From: Candidatus Micrarchaeota archaeon
GTDB lineage: Archaea; Micrarchaeota; Micrarchaeia; Anstonellales; Bilamarchaeaceae
NCBI GenBank assembly: GCA_964434735.1
Contig: CAYSWK010000001.1
Coordinates: 2,537-66,536, forward strand
DNA: 64,000 bases
Direction: 5' to 3'
This document shows, one piece after another, positions 48,485 through 58,610 of the stretch (the stretch's first letter is position 1; each line of letters starts with the position of its first letter). The position numbers were made by a program, and so were the translations under genes. Under the pieces are notes generated by a model. That model was given only the letters and a program-made list of their open reading frames with translations, did no database searches and was not told the origin of the DNA.

Positions 48485-49921
48485 TTACTTCATCTTGGTG
48501 ATGATCTGCAATGCCGGAGGCGTTTTGTTTACGTTTCCGATCTTGACGCCCATAAGGACTTTTACGCCCTTATTGTTTGACAAATCAACCAAACGTTGCG
48601 TAATAATTCCGTCAAACACGATTGCTGCGATGTCCTTCACCTCTTCAAGGGATTTAATGACATCCCGAACTGCCACTTCCTTGGTAATATTGTAGGTGTG
48701 GTCATAAAACCGTGCACGAAGAGTATTTGAGAGCTGGTCAAGATCCCCTTTCAAATCATCAATTGAACGGGGCTCACGAGGAGGTGCATCTTCAACAGGT
48801 GCAACTGCTTCTTTTTCTGCTTTCTCAACCTTTTCAACGCGCTCGACACGCTCGGAACGCTCAACACGCTCAAGAACGGGAGGCTTTATGTCCTGAACAA
48901 TTGCCTCGACAATCGATTTTGGAACTTCAACTTCACGAACAGGCTCCTTTGAGAGTTCAACGCGAACCTCTGGCCTTCTCATGCGTAAATCGGTCCTGAT
49001 CTGATCTGAAACGCTCTTTTGGCGTGAAGGGGTAGGCTCATAGCTCATCTGCCTTCTGCGGTTTTCACGATCCTGACGATCCTCATTTGATTCCCTGCCG
49101 TTCTGCTCGAAAGGCAATTTGGTTCGTAAGCACTTGATAAGCTCCTTGCGCGTAAGCTCCTCAACTTCCTTTCCTGAAGGTGCACGTGCAATATGCTCAA
49201 TTTCAACTCCGCCCTGCACCAATTCACGCAAAATGATGTCGCCTCCACGGTCACCATCCAAGAAGACAGTAACTTCCTTGCTCTTTGAAAGCTCAACCAA
49301 GGATTTGGGTACTTTTGCACCCTGGATTGCGACAACGTTGGTAATGTCATTTTTCAAAAGGTTGATGACATCTGCACGGCCCTCTACGAAAATGACCTCA
49401 TCCATCTTGTCAATGGATGGTCCTGCCGGGAGGCGCTCAAAACCGTACTCAACAATTTCTGCAGTTTTTACCTCATTTCTTACCATTTCAGAAATTTCCT
49501 TTGATTCGGGAATTTCAGTGTTAATGAGATTCTTAAGAAGGTCTTTTGCACGGTCAACAAGCACTTTACGCTTGACGTTTCGCGTGTCTTCCACTTTTTG
49601 AACCCTGATCTTTGCTTCACAAGGACCTACACGGTCAACCGTTTCAAGTGCGGCTGCAACGATACAGGTTTCAACCATATCAAGACTCGAAGGTATCTTT
49701 ACCGAACCGACGGTTTTTCCTTCACGGGTTGGGTTAAGGTCTACCTCTATGCGGCCGATGCGGCCATTTTTCTGCGAGTCCCTTAAATCCAATTCATCTC
49801 CCAAAAGTCCTTCGGTTTGGCCAAAGACCGCACCAACGACATCGGGTTTTTCAACTAATCCGTCAATTTCAACGGATGCGTATACTACGTATTTTACAGT
49901 ATCAATGTATGTTTTTGCCAT
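48485..49921 (-). CDS. dnaG: Archaeal DnaG-type primase (Toprim domain; exosome-associated)
   Basis: N-terminus MAKTYIDTVKYVVYASVEIDGLVEKPDVVGAVFGQTEGLLG. Toprim motifs VIFVEGRAD and VFLDGDRGGD. An ER/EK low-complexity linker is present. Confidence 0.85.
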   Translation of the reverse strand: MAKTYIDTVKYVVYASVEIDGLVEKPDVVGAVFGQTEGLLGDELDLRDSQKNGRIGRIEVDLNPTREGKTVGSVKIPSSLDMVETCIVAAALETVDRVGPCEAKIRVQKVEDTRNVKRKVLVDRAKDLLKNLINTEIPESKEISEMVRNEVKTAEIVEYGFERLPAGPSIDKMDEVIFVEGRADVINLLKNDITNVVAIQGAKVPKSLVELSKSKEVTVFLDGDRGGDIILRELVQGGVEIEHIARAPSGKEVEELTRKELIKCLRTKLPFEQNGRESNEDRQDRENRRRQMSYEPTPSRQKSVSDQIRTDLRMRRPEVRVELSKEPVREVEVPKSIVEAIVQDIKPPVLERVERSERVERVEKVEKAEKEAVAPVEDAPPREPRSIDDLKGDLDQLSNTLRARFYDHTYNITKEVAVRDVIKSLEEVKDIAAIVFDGIITQRLVDLSNNKGVKVLMGVKIGNVNKTPPALQIITKMK

Positions 49922-49927
49922 TTTAAT

Positions 49928-50335
49928 TCACCTTTGTGTTTGGGCATAAAACTCATCAAGCTTATGCCTTAATTCTTCAAAGTACCTCAAGCGCAAAAGC
50001 TTGGAGATACGTTTTCTCATATCTGTATCGCAGGCTATTGAGTATCGTTCAAGCTCATTTTTGAGTTCAAATGCAAGCTCATCGCCTCGCGTATCCATGT
50101 CTGTCAGCAATATAACGTGCGTAACGTTGCGTCCTGTGAGCATATCTCCCAATTGGTACGTTCTGCCCGAGGCCGTTATTACGTCTCCATATCCTTGTGC
50201 ATTAAGCGCCTTTTTGTCACGAAGGCCTTCGCAAAGAAGAGTTCCTTCCTTGAGGATGCGATCTATCGCATCCCATTCATTGCGTGCCTGCAATTTCTCC
50301 AAGTCGCTTAAGAACCTCGGTTTCTTCTCCATCAA
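49928..50335 (-). CDS. Small Toprim-domain protein
   Basis: THVILLTDMDTRGDELA (the DxD of Toprim) within 135 aa. Confidence 0.55.
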   Translation of the reverse strand: MMEKKPRFLSDLEKLQARNEWDAIDRILKEGTLLCEGLRDKKALNAQGYGDVITASGRTYQLGDMLTGRNVTHVILLTDMDTRGDELAFELKNELERYSIACDTDMRKRISKLLRLRYFEELRHKLDEFYAQTQR

Positions 50336-50534
50336 TTGAAATCACCTTATAGGTCGATTGCATTCCCTTAATGATAAAAACCGTGCAACCAAGCAACCCT
50401 GAAAGCTCCTTAACGAGCTCCTTATTCACCTGATTGTCTTGCGGCGTCCTGGTGCAGTACACGTGCCAAAGGCTATCCTTATATGCAAGCTTAAATGCAA
50501 GCGAACGCGGATGAACACGTACTGGTAACAGCAT
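50277..50534 (-). CDS. DUF167/YggU-family protein
   Basis: 85 aa; KELVKELSGLLGCTVFIIKGMQSTYKVISI resembles the UPF0235 pattern. It overlaps the Toprim ORF by 59 nt, so one of the two starts is probably downstream. Confidence 0.5.
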   Translation of the reverse strand: MLLPVRVHPRSLAFKLAYKDSLWHVYCTRTPQDNQVNKELVKELSGLLGCTVFIIKGMQSTYKVISIDGEETEVLKRLGEIAGTQ

Positions 50535-50690
50535 AGTATCCCTGTTTTCCCTTAAGAAGACCCTAAGGTACTATAGGACCGGTCCTTACTTGGACAAAAT
50601 GAGTAGAAGATACTTCGATCACAACCCACTGTTGACGCATGCCCGCATTGCTTAAAGCTTGGGTGGCCATCCATGGATTGCGAATATCGT

Positions 50691-51122
50691 TCATGAAAGC
50701 TTTGCGTGCTCCTCAACCATATCAATAATTGCGGGAAATACGCGCATAATGTCTCCTTCTGAAAGAATACCTACTAATTCGTTTGAGTCGTTAACTACTG
50801 GAAGGCGTTTTACGCGATTTTTCTTCATCGCTTTTGCCGCCTCTTCCAACGAAGTTGTGGGTTTTATTACACGCAAGGGCTTTGACATGATCTTTTCGAC
50901 CATAGTCTTGGAAGGGTCATCACCTTTGGCGATCACCTTATGAACAATGTCACGTTCCGTAAGGATTCCCTTTGCCTTTTTCCCATGATTATCTTCAACG
51001 ATTATAATAGAGCCGATGTCATGCTGCTTCATAAGTTTTGCAGCATCCATGACACTGCTTTGATATGAGATCGTAATGACCTTTTTAGTCATGATATCTC
51101 CTACTCGTAACTCGGATCCCAT
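50691..51122 (-). CDS. CBS-domain pair protein
   Basis: Two CBS repeats (VGDIMTKKVITI... and VEKIMSKPLRVI...). Confidence 0.8.
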   Translation of the reverse strand: MGSELRVGDIMTKKVITISYQSSVMDAAKLMKQHDIGSIIIVEDNHGKKAKGILTERDIVHKVIAKGDDPSKTMVEKIMSKPLRVIKPTTSLEEAAKAMKKNRVKRLPVVNDSNELVGILSEGDIMRVFPAIIDMVEEHAKLS

Positions 51123-51237
51123 AATGAGGATAAGGATGAAAAGATTTATAAAGCAAAAGCAAAACGGGGAAGACCGATTAACACGTGAAAATCAATAAAA
51201 CCACTCATAAAAATAAGAATAAAAAAGAAGGAAAAAA

Positions 51238-51792
51238 TTAGCCTTCAAGGACTGTTCCGGTTACGGTTGCTTCTGCCTTGCGAGCTGCTTCCGCAGGATC
51301 ATTTTCAAACCTGTACCACATGAAGAACGTACCTTGGAACTTGTCGTTTGGCTGCTTGCTTAAAAGAGCTGCATTCGTCTGCCCGTAACACTTAAGGTCA
51401 AGGGCCGCATTTCCTCCAGGTACAATACGAACGGGTGCTGCAAGCCATTGTTGCGTGTCTTTTGCATCGTCCATTTTGATATTCCCCGCCGCACGCTCGG
51501 TGCAGAAATAACCCAGTACCATGATAGCATCGGATTGACGATTATTCACTGTAATCTTCACCTGTGCGTTACTATTAACAGATTGTATCAACGGACGGAT
51601 TGACTGACAATCAAAACCAGGCTGCTTGAACACACAGCCTTCGGGTTGCTGGATTCCTCCGTTAAGAAGAACGTATAATATGCCAATGACTAAGACAATA
51701 ACTAGTATTGCCCAGCCGTATGTCATCAAATATTCCATAGCCGCTTGGCCCTTGCGGGTTTGAGGCTTTTTTTGAGATGTATTCTTTTTCAT
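51238..51792 (-). CDS. Archaeal type IV pilin (class III signal peptide)
   Basis: KKPQTRKGQ|AAMEYLMTYGWAILVIVLVIGILYVLL is the canonical archaeal prepilin motif (KGQ cleavage site, Glu at +5). Confidence 0.65.
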   Translation of the reverse strand: MKKNTSQKKPQTRKGQAAMEYLMTYGWAILVIVLVIGILYVLLNGGIQQPEGCVFKQPGFDCQSIRPLIQSVNSNAQVKITVNNRQSDAIMVLGYFCTERAAGNIKMDDAKDTQQWLAAPVRIVPGGNAALDLKCYGQTNAALLSKQPNDKFQGTFFMWYRFENDPAEAARKAEATVTGTVLEG

Positions 51793-51798
51793 ATAATT

Positions 51799-52875
51799 TC
51801 ACCCACCTAATGAACTAAGACTGGATGTAAGCGCTTGCGAAACAAGGAAAAATATCGCATAACCCAGTAGAAGAAGGAACGGGAAATACTTAATCCCCTC
51901 ATTTTTGGTCCCTTTCTTGATAACCCCGACGATAAATGAGGAAAACAAGCACGTCATGGCAATTGTAACGAGCGAAAAAACAAAGAATTCGCTCGATTTT
52001 ATGATGATCTCTGCCCCTCCTGAAATCCCGCCAAATTGACCGAAAAAGCTTCCGCCCGATGCGGTTGCCGCGGGGAAGTTTGCCTTTTGCTTTTCAAACA
52101 CTTCAATAAGCTTTCCTGCAACAGCAAGCAAAAAGGGCGCACCTGCACCCGCTGCAAACAAAATGAATATTTCGTACAGCACAAGGTTGGCTGCAACTTC
52201 GCGCTTAAGGACAACGCTTTCACGAACGTCAGATGAAGTTCGTTCAAGAACTGACGTAACCTCGCCTCCCGTTGCGATTGCCTGCTTAAGAAGCGACATG
52301 GTCCGAGTAAATATTTTTGAATCAAACCGTGTGCCGAGCTCATCAAGTGCGTCATCAAGGTTCTGACCGCTAAAAGACTGTTGGATCGTTCCGCGCACTT
52401 CTTTGGCCAATGACCCGAATTCGGGCTTTGCCGCATACCATAAAGACTGATCAAGAGTCATGCCTGCCTTAACGTTTGCAGATACGAGCAAAAGAAAATC
52501 GGGCAATAGGACTTCCAATTCGTGGGTTCGTTGATCTTTTCTTAGGCTAAGCGTTGCTTCTGCAATTAATTTGATGAACCAAAAGCTGATCCCAAAACAA
52601 ACTGCGGCAGCAACAAGGTACACAAGAACGTCGGGCGGCTGAGGTATAAACCCTGAAACGAACGATCTCCATGCTAAAAACAACCCCTGGTTTGAAATAG
52701 ATTCAAACGTCGCACCAAGGCCGGCAAGAACTGTAACCAAGAATAAGTAACCAAGAAACGCATCAACGGGGACCTTAAGCCCAGCCGAATAGATAAGACG
52801 TTCCGTCACTTTTGACTTTTCCTTTGAATACACTGTTCTTCCTATGAGTTCAAAAACGCTGTTCATGAGTTGCAC
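51799..52875 (-). CDS. Type II secretion system F-domain membrane protein (TadC/FlaJ-like)
   Basis: LPDFLLLVSANVKAGMTLDQSL T2SSF-domain signature; polytopic. Confidence 0.7.
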   Translation of the reverse strand: MQLMNSVFELIGRTVYSKEKSKVTERLIYSAGLKVPVDAFLGYLFLVTVLAGLGATFESISNQGLFLAWRSFVSGFIPQPPDVLVYLVAAAVCFGISFWFIKLIAEATLSLRKDQRTHELEVLLPDFLLLVSANVKAGMTLDQSLWYAAKPEFGSLAKEVRGTIQQSFSGQNLDDALDELGTRFDSKIFTRTMSLLKQAIATGGEVTSVLERTSSDVRESVVLKREVAANLVLYEIFILFAAGAGAPFLLAVAGKLIEVFEKQKANFPAATASGGSFFGQFGGISGGAEIIIKSSEFFVFSLVTIAMTCLFSSFIVGVIKKGTKNEGIKYFPFLLLLGYAIFFLVSQALTSSLSSLGG

Positions 52876-53733
52876 CTATATGATGAATTTCGGTCTTGAG
52901 CTTTCGATCAATCCTAAGAAAAGGAACTGAACGATACCTACCATCACAAGAACATACCATAATATGTTCCCTGAAATTCCCAATTTGCCTCCGCTGATTA
53001 CCGAAAGAAGGACGGTTGCAAGGACAATGCCGATTACCGGAAGGATAATACCAAAAATCATGAAAAACATCACAAACGGAGTAAGTTTTGATCCGTATTC
53101 CTTAAGCTGTATGACTTGTTCACGCGAAATTTGATCGAGTACCGCTTCGAGTGAATCTGCAACGTTTGCACCGGATGTAAGTGAATTTGCAATCTGCACC
53201 GTTATGCGGGTGAAATACCGTGAAGGATTGTTCTGGGCAACATCACGAAGCGTATCGGCAGTTGATTTACCCAAAGCAATCTGATCAACTACTCGATTAA
53301 ATTCCTTACTGACTTCACCGTACCCTTTGGAAACTCCTACAAGCGAATTGAAAAGGGGCATACCGCTTTTGAGTGCAATGCCGATATGCCTTCCTGCAAA
53401 AAGAATTTCATAATCCATTTCACGCTTTCTTTGAATTGCCTTTAATTGGGGGTAACGTACCCAATAATTAAACATGAAAAAAGGAATAATGAGTAAACCT
53501 GGAAGAATAAGCACGGGAGAAAGAGGAATCGCAATAATGCCTAAAACAAGCAGGAACAACAAAAGAGCCGAATATTGGATAGTTACAAGAATGACCGTCT
53601 CAAGAAATTGAGCGGGAGTCTTATTTATATCCGCAAGCGCAAGCTTAAGACGAAGGTCTGGAAAAGAACCTTGAAGCCGTTCGGCAAGAGCGGTGAGTGT
53701 TGAACGTTTTTCAGAGTGTGTTTTTTCATCCAT
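52876..53733 (-). CDS. Type II secretion system F-domain membrane protein (TadB-like)
   Basis: FAGRHIGIALKSGMPLFNSL and VQIANSLTSGANVADSL, T2SSF-like; 285 aa. Confidence 0.65.
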   Translation of the reverse strand: MDEKTHSEKRSTLTALAERLQGSFPDLRLKLALADINKTPAQFLETVILVTIQYSALLLFLLVLGIIAIPLSPVLILPGLLIIPFFMFNYWVRYPQLKAIQRKREMDYEILFAGRHIGIALKSGMPLFNSLVGVSKGYGEVSKEFNRVVDQIALGKSTADTLRDVAQNNPSRYFTRITVQIANSLTSGANVADSLEAVLDQISREQVIQLKEYGSKLTPFVMFFMIFGIILPVIGIVLATVLLSVISGGKLGISGNILWYVLVMVGIVQFLFLGLIESSRPKFII

Positions 53734-55166
53734 TATGAATCCTCTCCAAAGTATGAGCGTATTGATTTATCCGAAATACCCTTTTCCTGGGCAACAAGCA
53801 CGCGCGCTTTAGTAAGTGCCTCATGCTTGCTTAACTTCTTAAGTTGATACTTTTTATACGTTGACGCATCATGTGCAAGAAGATAGTTAAGCAGTTCCTG
53901 CTCGTCCATCTGCTTAATCTCCTGAAGGTTTTTAGTATCATCTGAAGAAGGAGAATTGGTCGCTTCAAGGCCGCTCTCCATGATGGACTCGAACTTTTTC
54001 TCAAGAGAATCCTTTGCCTCCGCGAGGATAGATGCGTATTTTTTGGTCTTTTTCTGCTCCTCTGCGATTTTTTTAGCAAGCGGATCATTGCTTTCCAATT
54101 TTGAAAGAACGGCATTGAGTTCTTGAAGATGCTTTTGTTCAAGAAGCTGAGAATACTGTTCAATAGTTGGCTCAATTTGGGCACTGATTGCCGTAATCTT
54201 TTTTATGAATGACTCATGCTGCTCTTTTGAGGCGTTCTGGTTTTTCATATCCGCAACTGCTGCATAAAACGAATCACGCGTCTGAGATAAACGATCCTCA
54301 AACTGCCTGATGATGTGCTCTTTTGCAGAACCGAGCTCTTCGGATTGGGATTTGAGCATACCATCAAGCATAAGTGCAACGTCTCCTTCCTTTCTTCGTT
54401 TCGTTTCAGTCTGTGAAAGAAGATCTTTAATGACGGAAATTTCGCTTTTAATCTCGTTTCTGCGAGAAGTATTCGTTTCCTTGAAAAGGGATTTTGTCAG
54501 CTCAAGCATTTTCTTTTTCAATGCCGTATTGTCTAGATCCGCGTATTTCTGATGGGCCTGGGACTGAGATTCGATTTTCTTTTCAACGTCTTCCTCTTTT
54601 TGCGGCAATTTGACGATAACGGGAGGCTCAGGCACGACTTCTTCTTGAACCTTTTGCGAAGGCAAAGGTTGTTCTTCAATTACCTTTAATGGAGGTTGTG
54701 AAACTTCCTTGCTAGGAGCAGACTCGACAGACTTTTCAAAAATAGAATCAGATGAAGGCTCCAGATTCTCCACTGTGGGAGTTTCTTTTGAAGACTCATC
54801 ATGCGTCATCTTTTCAAAAGTAAGAGAAGAATCAACGGGTGCCTTTTGCATCTCTTCTTTTATCGCGCTTGCGTCTTCGAGCGATTTTGAAGTGATATTC
54901 ATTACGTTTTTTACCACTTCTTCGGTTTTCTTAGTATCCTCAACGGTTTTTGCAGGTTTTGCAACACCAAGCAATTTCTGGGTTGAAAGAATCTTTCCGA
55001 TCCTTTCATAGGAATTGATAAGATCGTTGTAAGTATAGGCAGCATATTCATCAGGACTCAAGTCTACACTATGATTGAGTACTACTTCGTCTTTATAGGA
55101 TTTACTCCCAAGTGCCTGTTTTGAAATAGAACGAATGATATTTTGTGCATCTTCAAATTCGGTCAT
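53733..55166 (-). CDS. Coiled-coil/low-complexity protein of unknown function within the pilus locus
   Basis: 477 aa, Ser/Glu/Lys-rich, predicted coiled coil in the C-terminal half; no TM and no family recognised. Confidence 0.4.
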   Translation of the reverse strand: MTEFEDAQNIIRSISKQALGSKSYKDEVVLNHSVDLSPDEYAAYTYNDLINSYERIGKILSTQKLLGVAKPAKTVEDTKKTEEVVKNVMNITSKSLEDASAIKEEMQKAPVDSSLTFEKMTHDESSKETPTVENLEPSSDSIFEKSVESAPSKEVSQPPLKVIEEQPLPSQKVQEEVVPEPPVIVKLPQKEEDVEKKIESQSQAHQKYADLDNTALKKKMLELTKSLFKETNTSRRNEIKSEISVIKDLLSQTETKRRKEGDVALMLDGMLKSQSEELGSAKEHIIRQFEDRLSQTRDSFYAAVADMKNQNASKEQHESFIKKITAISAQIEPTIEQYSQLLEQKHLQELNAVLSKLESNDPLAKKIAEEQKKTKKYASILAEAKDSLEKKFESIMESGLEATNSPSSDDTKNLQEIKQMDEQELLNYLLAHDASTYKKYQLKKLSKHEALTKARVLVAQEKGISDKSIRSYFGEDS

Positions 55167-56694
55167 AACTGAAATCCCACTCCATATTTTTCTTTACTCG
55201 TTCCATGACCTTTTCAGGCTCCACATAATAATGTGAAACAATGGAACCGACCTGATCGACAGAATCATAATTTTTTGCAACCATCCAATTAAGGATGGAT
55301 GTTTTTTCAACAATATCGGATTGAATTTCCTTAGGGGAAAGCCCTGCGTACAGTTCAAGCAATTCTTCAAGACGTTGCATTTGCCCAACTTCGCGCGTCT
55401 TGTCGCTTTTGAAATCCCATCGATATAACGTATTATACTGCCCCTTGCGCTGCATTTCGGAAAATTCAAGCGTACGGCGAATATTAAATCGCCTATGCCT
55501 GAACTGGACAATAATTCCTCCTAGTGCATCGAGCATCTGAACAGGAACGTTGATGGGTGGATTAGTAAGACGTGAAATTGCCTGCTCGGTGTTGTCAGCA
55601 TGCACGGTTGCATAAACTGAATGCCCCGTATGCATAGCCTCGAAAAGAATTTCTGCCTCCCTTTGACGACGAACTTCGCCTACAAGGATACGGTCAGGAC
55701 GTTGACGCAATGCGTTAACCATAAGGTCAAGCATGGTAATTTCACCCTTGCCCTCAGGATTTGCTTCCCGCGTAACCATAGGAACCCAATGGAGAAACTT
55801 TGGAAGCGTAAGCTCGCGCGTATCTTCAATGCTGATAATACGTTGGTTTGCAGGAATAAACGCAGCCATGGCATTAAGAAAAGAAGTTTTACCAGAACCC
55901 GTTCCACCTGCAACCAAAAGTGAAAGCTCGTTTTGAACACAAAGCCAAATAAGTCCTGCAACCTCAGGAGAGACGGATTTTGCTTTTACAAACCGGCTCA
56001 TGGTCCAAGGATTTTTTGAGAACTTTCTGATCGTCATAGTGTTGCCAAACTGAGAGATAGGAAAGAGCGTTGCGTTGACACGGTCTCCGCTTGGAAGGTG
56101 TGCGTCAAGCATAGGGTTTAAGACGTTTATTTGCCTCCCTACCTTTCGTGCAATCATTGACGAATAATCATAAATTGCGTCTTCTGTTTTGAGCTTGACA
56201 TTCGTTTTGCACCAGCCATATTTCTTATGGTAAACCCATGCCGGGTCATGTGCATTATTCACAACAACTTCTTCTAAGCGCTCATCACCCAAAAACGTCT
56301 GCAATTGGCCAAGTTCAAGAGTATTTTGAAGCAAATATGCTGCAAGAATATTTCGTTTTTCCTCTGAAAGCTTAGCAAAATTTTTAACAAGAATCTTGTG
56401 CGCACCTTCAAGGAATTTTGCCTTAACTTCATGGTATTTGTTAGGATCAAGAATTTCATTTATGTCCAAACGAACAGTTGAGATAAGTTCTCCCTTCAGA
56501 CGGTCAAGGATAAGTTTCGTTCCAAATTCAATGCCTGGAATAGTTGCTTCATAATAAGGGACAAAATCCCCGCGAGTAAGAATTCTTACTTCTACCGTGA
56601 CACCTTCCGCCTTGAAAACGTATTGCTCAAGAACTGTCTCATGAATTGGTTGTTTTTGCCGATCAAGTTCCGGCGGAACGTCTGAAGACTCCAT
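55153..56694 (-). CDS. Type II/IV secretion ATPase (FlaI/TadA/VirB11-like)
   Basis: Walker A LVAGGTGSGKTSFLNA, ISIEDTRELTLP, His-box region EAMHTGHSVYATVHAD. Confidence 0.85.
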   Translation of the reverse strand: MESSDVPPELDRQKQPIHETVLEQYVFKAEGVTVEVRILTRGDFVPYYEATIPGIEFGTKLILDRLKGELISTVRLDINEILDPNKYHEVKAKFLEGAHKILVKNFAKLSEEKRNILAAYLLQNTLELGQLQTFLGDERLEEVVVNNAHDPAWVYHKKYGWCKTNVKLKTEDAIYDYSSMIARKVGRQINVLNPMLDAHLPSGDRVNATLFPISQFGNTMTIRKFSKNPWTMSRFVKAKSVSPEVAGLIWLCVQNELSLLVAGGTGSGKTSFLNAMAAFIPANQRIISIEDTRELTLPKFLHWVPMVTREANPEGKGEITMLDLMVNALRQRPDRILVGEVRRQREAEILFEAMHTGHSVYATVHADNTEQAISRLTNPPINVPVQMLDALGGIIVQFRHRRFNIRRTLEFSEMQRKGQYNTLYRWDFKSDKTREVGQMQRLEELLELYAGLSPKEIQSDIVEKTSILNWMVAKNYDSVDQVGSIVSHYYVEPEKVMERVKKNMEWDFSYDRI

Positions 56695-56763
56695 GGCACC
56701 ACTCGAGGTAATAAAGGTGCCGACATTTAAAAACATGGTGGTGAGGCAACGAAGGCCAGCTAG

Positions 56764-57309
56764 TTACTTTTTAGCAAGCACGTGCTTTTTGATAACTGCC
56801 CATAATTCGTCAGCAACGGGTGGCGCAAGATGACTTGTAAATTCACGTACCAACCTTGAATTAGAGGATGCTGCATTATACGTTTTTATGAGAGTCGAGT
56901 ATTTTTCAAAAAACTCCGGCACGCACGGCCATATGCACAGCAATTCCTTGGCAACTGATTCAACATCAGCTTGTGAACGCACGTCCCACCACGTATCCAA
57001 AGAGGAAAAAACCCGCCCTATTCTCGTACAAATATGGCAATTATAAATCGTTGGTTTTTGAGGATCCCGCGTATACGTGAACTTCTTGTCAATCTGGGAG
57101 TAATAAATGCCAAGATTGATAGTAAACGTACCTCCTGTGGCCCAATTCCATTGGCTTGATTGGACATTAATAACGTATATGGCCTCGTTAGTTTCTTTCC
57201 TAAAATTATTGCCCTGTTTTTTGAAACCCTCCTTCTTAAGAATGGGAATAATGCTTTTTGAAAGAACTTCTGATAAAAGCACTTTATAGGATTTCGTCAT
57301 GAACGACAC
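56764..57309 (-). CDS. DUF4304-like hypothetical protein
   Basis: N-terminal LKKEGFKKQGNNFRK pattern; 181 aa. Confidence 0.4.
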   Translation of the reverse strand: MSFMTKSYKVLLSEVLSKSIIPILKKEGFKKQGNNFRKETNEAIYVINVQSSQWNWATGGTFTINLGIYYSQIDKKFTYTRDPQKPTIYNCHICTRIGRVFSSLDTWWDVRSQADVESVAKELLCIWPCVPEFFEKYSTLIKTYNAASSNSRLVREFTSHLAPPVADELWAVIKKHVLAKK

Positions 57310-57429
57310 CAGGGATCTGAGAATATAAACGTGCCTTCGACAGCTTTAAATACGTTTCCATTCATCAGTTTTGAGTACGTTTAATACGTTGAGCATTACG
57401 CATGCCCACGTCAAACATTCGGTGAATTA

Positions 57430-57738
57430 ATGGCAAAAGTTCGAGTAACACTCATGGGAGAAGACATTCAAGACCTTGAGAGCGTCGTAAGCCAGATTAA
57501 ATCCTTGGCTGATGCGCTCAAAATGAAGTTTACGGGGCCTGTTAGGTTACCACGTAAAAAAATGACGATCTCATGCAGACGCACCCCTTGTGGTGATGGA
57601 TCAGACACTTACGAGCACTGGGAGAAGCGAGTCTCAAAAAGGCTTATTGAAGTCGAAGGAGACGATATCAAGCAAATCTTGCGTGTTAAGGTTCCCACCT
57701 CAGTAATGGTGAAGATTTCACTTACCGAAAACAACTGA
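57430..57738 (+). CDS. rps10: 30S ribosomal protein S10 (uS10)
   Basis: [23 protein letters not shown]...[42 protein letters not shown]. Confidence 0.9.
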   Translation: MAKVRVTLMGEDIQDLESVVSQIKSLADALKMKFTGPVRLPRKKMTISCRRTPCGDGSDTYEHWEKRVSKRLIEVEGDDIKQILRVKVPTSVMVKISLTENN

Positions 57739-57748
57739 CGTGATACTA

Positions 57749-57862
57749 ATGGGAGACCGACCACGTAAATGGAAAAAGAAGAATCGAATGAGATGGAAAT
57801 GGGTAAAAAAGAAAAGGCGCAGGCTCAAAAAGAGAATGAAGCGCAGAGTGGGTGAATTATAA
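57749..57862 (+). CDS. Tiny Arg/Lys-rich ORF, candidate ribosomal protein eS32 (formerly eL41)-like
   Basis: 37 aa [37 protein letters not shown] resembles the KWRKKRMRRLKRKRRKMR pattern of eL41. It is not in the ORF track because it is under the length cutoff. Confidence 0.35.
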   Translation: MGDRPRKWKKKNRMRWKWVKKKRRRLKKRMKRRVGEL

Positions 57863-57967
57863 AGGGTTTTATACCTTTATTTTTATTATATTTAAACCCG
57901 AAAATTACTAAACAGTCCCAAAACCCGAAACCGGGTGCTGGAAACTGATTTTAGGAGGGAGATATCT

Positions 57968-58606
57968 ATGGTATTATTCGACAAAAAATCGTTCACGGAC
58001 GCGATAACAAAAGTCCTTGAGTCAAAGGGAAAGAAAAAATTCAGACAAAGCGTTGAAATCGCAATAAACATGCGCGGCATAGATTTCACAAAGAGTGAAA
58101 ACAGGCTTAACATGGACATCATCCTCCCTAAAGGAAAGGGCGGAAAAGAACCAAAAGTCGCAGTCATTGCTGATGATGCAACGTGCAACAACGCAAAGAA
58201 AGGCGGCGCAGACCTTACGATTCTTCCAAACGAAATTCCATCCTATGCTGCAAAGGAAAAAATAACCGACCTTGCAGACAACTACATGCTTCTTGCACAG
58301 CCAAACCTCATGGGTAATGTGGCTAAATCATTAGGTCAATACTTGGGTCCACGCGGTAAATTACCAAGACCCATCGTTGGAGATGTTGTTCCGCTTCTTA
58401 CAAGAACACGAAACTCAGTACGTGTTGCAACGAAAGGAAAATACCTTCCCGTTGTGCATTCATTCATTGGTACAGAAACAATGAACGCTTCAGACTTGGC
58501 TGAAAACGCAGAAAGCGTTTTCGAAGCAGTAAAAGCCAAGGTAGGCGAAGGCGCAATCAAGAACGTCTATGTCAAATTGACGATGAGCGCACCTGTAAAA
58601 GTATAA
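57968..58606 (+). CDS. rpl1: 50S ribosomal protein L1 (uL1)
   Basis: KFRQSVEIAINMRGID...PKGKGGKEPKVAVIADD, the typical uL1 pattern; the start is at the internal Met. Confidence 0.9.
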   Translation: MVLFDKKSFTDAITKVLESKGKKKFRQSVEIAINMRGIDFTKSENRLNMDIILPKGKGGKEPKVAVIADDATCNNAKKGGADLTILPNEIPSYAAKEKITDLADNYMLLAQPNLMGNVAKSLGQYLGPRGKLPRPIVGDVVPLLTRTRNSVRVATKGKYLPVVHSFIGTETMNASDLAENAESVFEAVKAKVGEGAIKNVYVKLTMSAPVKV

Positions 58607-58610
58607 TGAG

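Noticed and set aside
48840-48900. ERVERSERVERVEKVEKAEKE repeat inside dnaG considered as a tandem DNA repeat or mobile remnant
   Set aside because: It is an in-frame low-complexity linker of DnaG, common in archaeal DnaG C-terminal regions. It is not an independent element.
57862-57967. L1 leader region (AAACCCGAAA...AAACCCGAAACCGGG) considered as an L1-binding autoregulatory mRNA structure
   Set aside because: Only a short direct repeat is visible and a convincing 23S helix-76/77 mimic could not be folded by eye. It would need RNA structure comparison, so it is not asserted.
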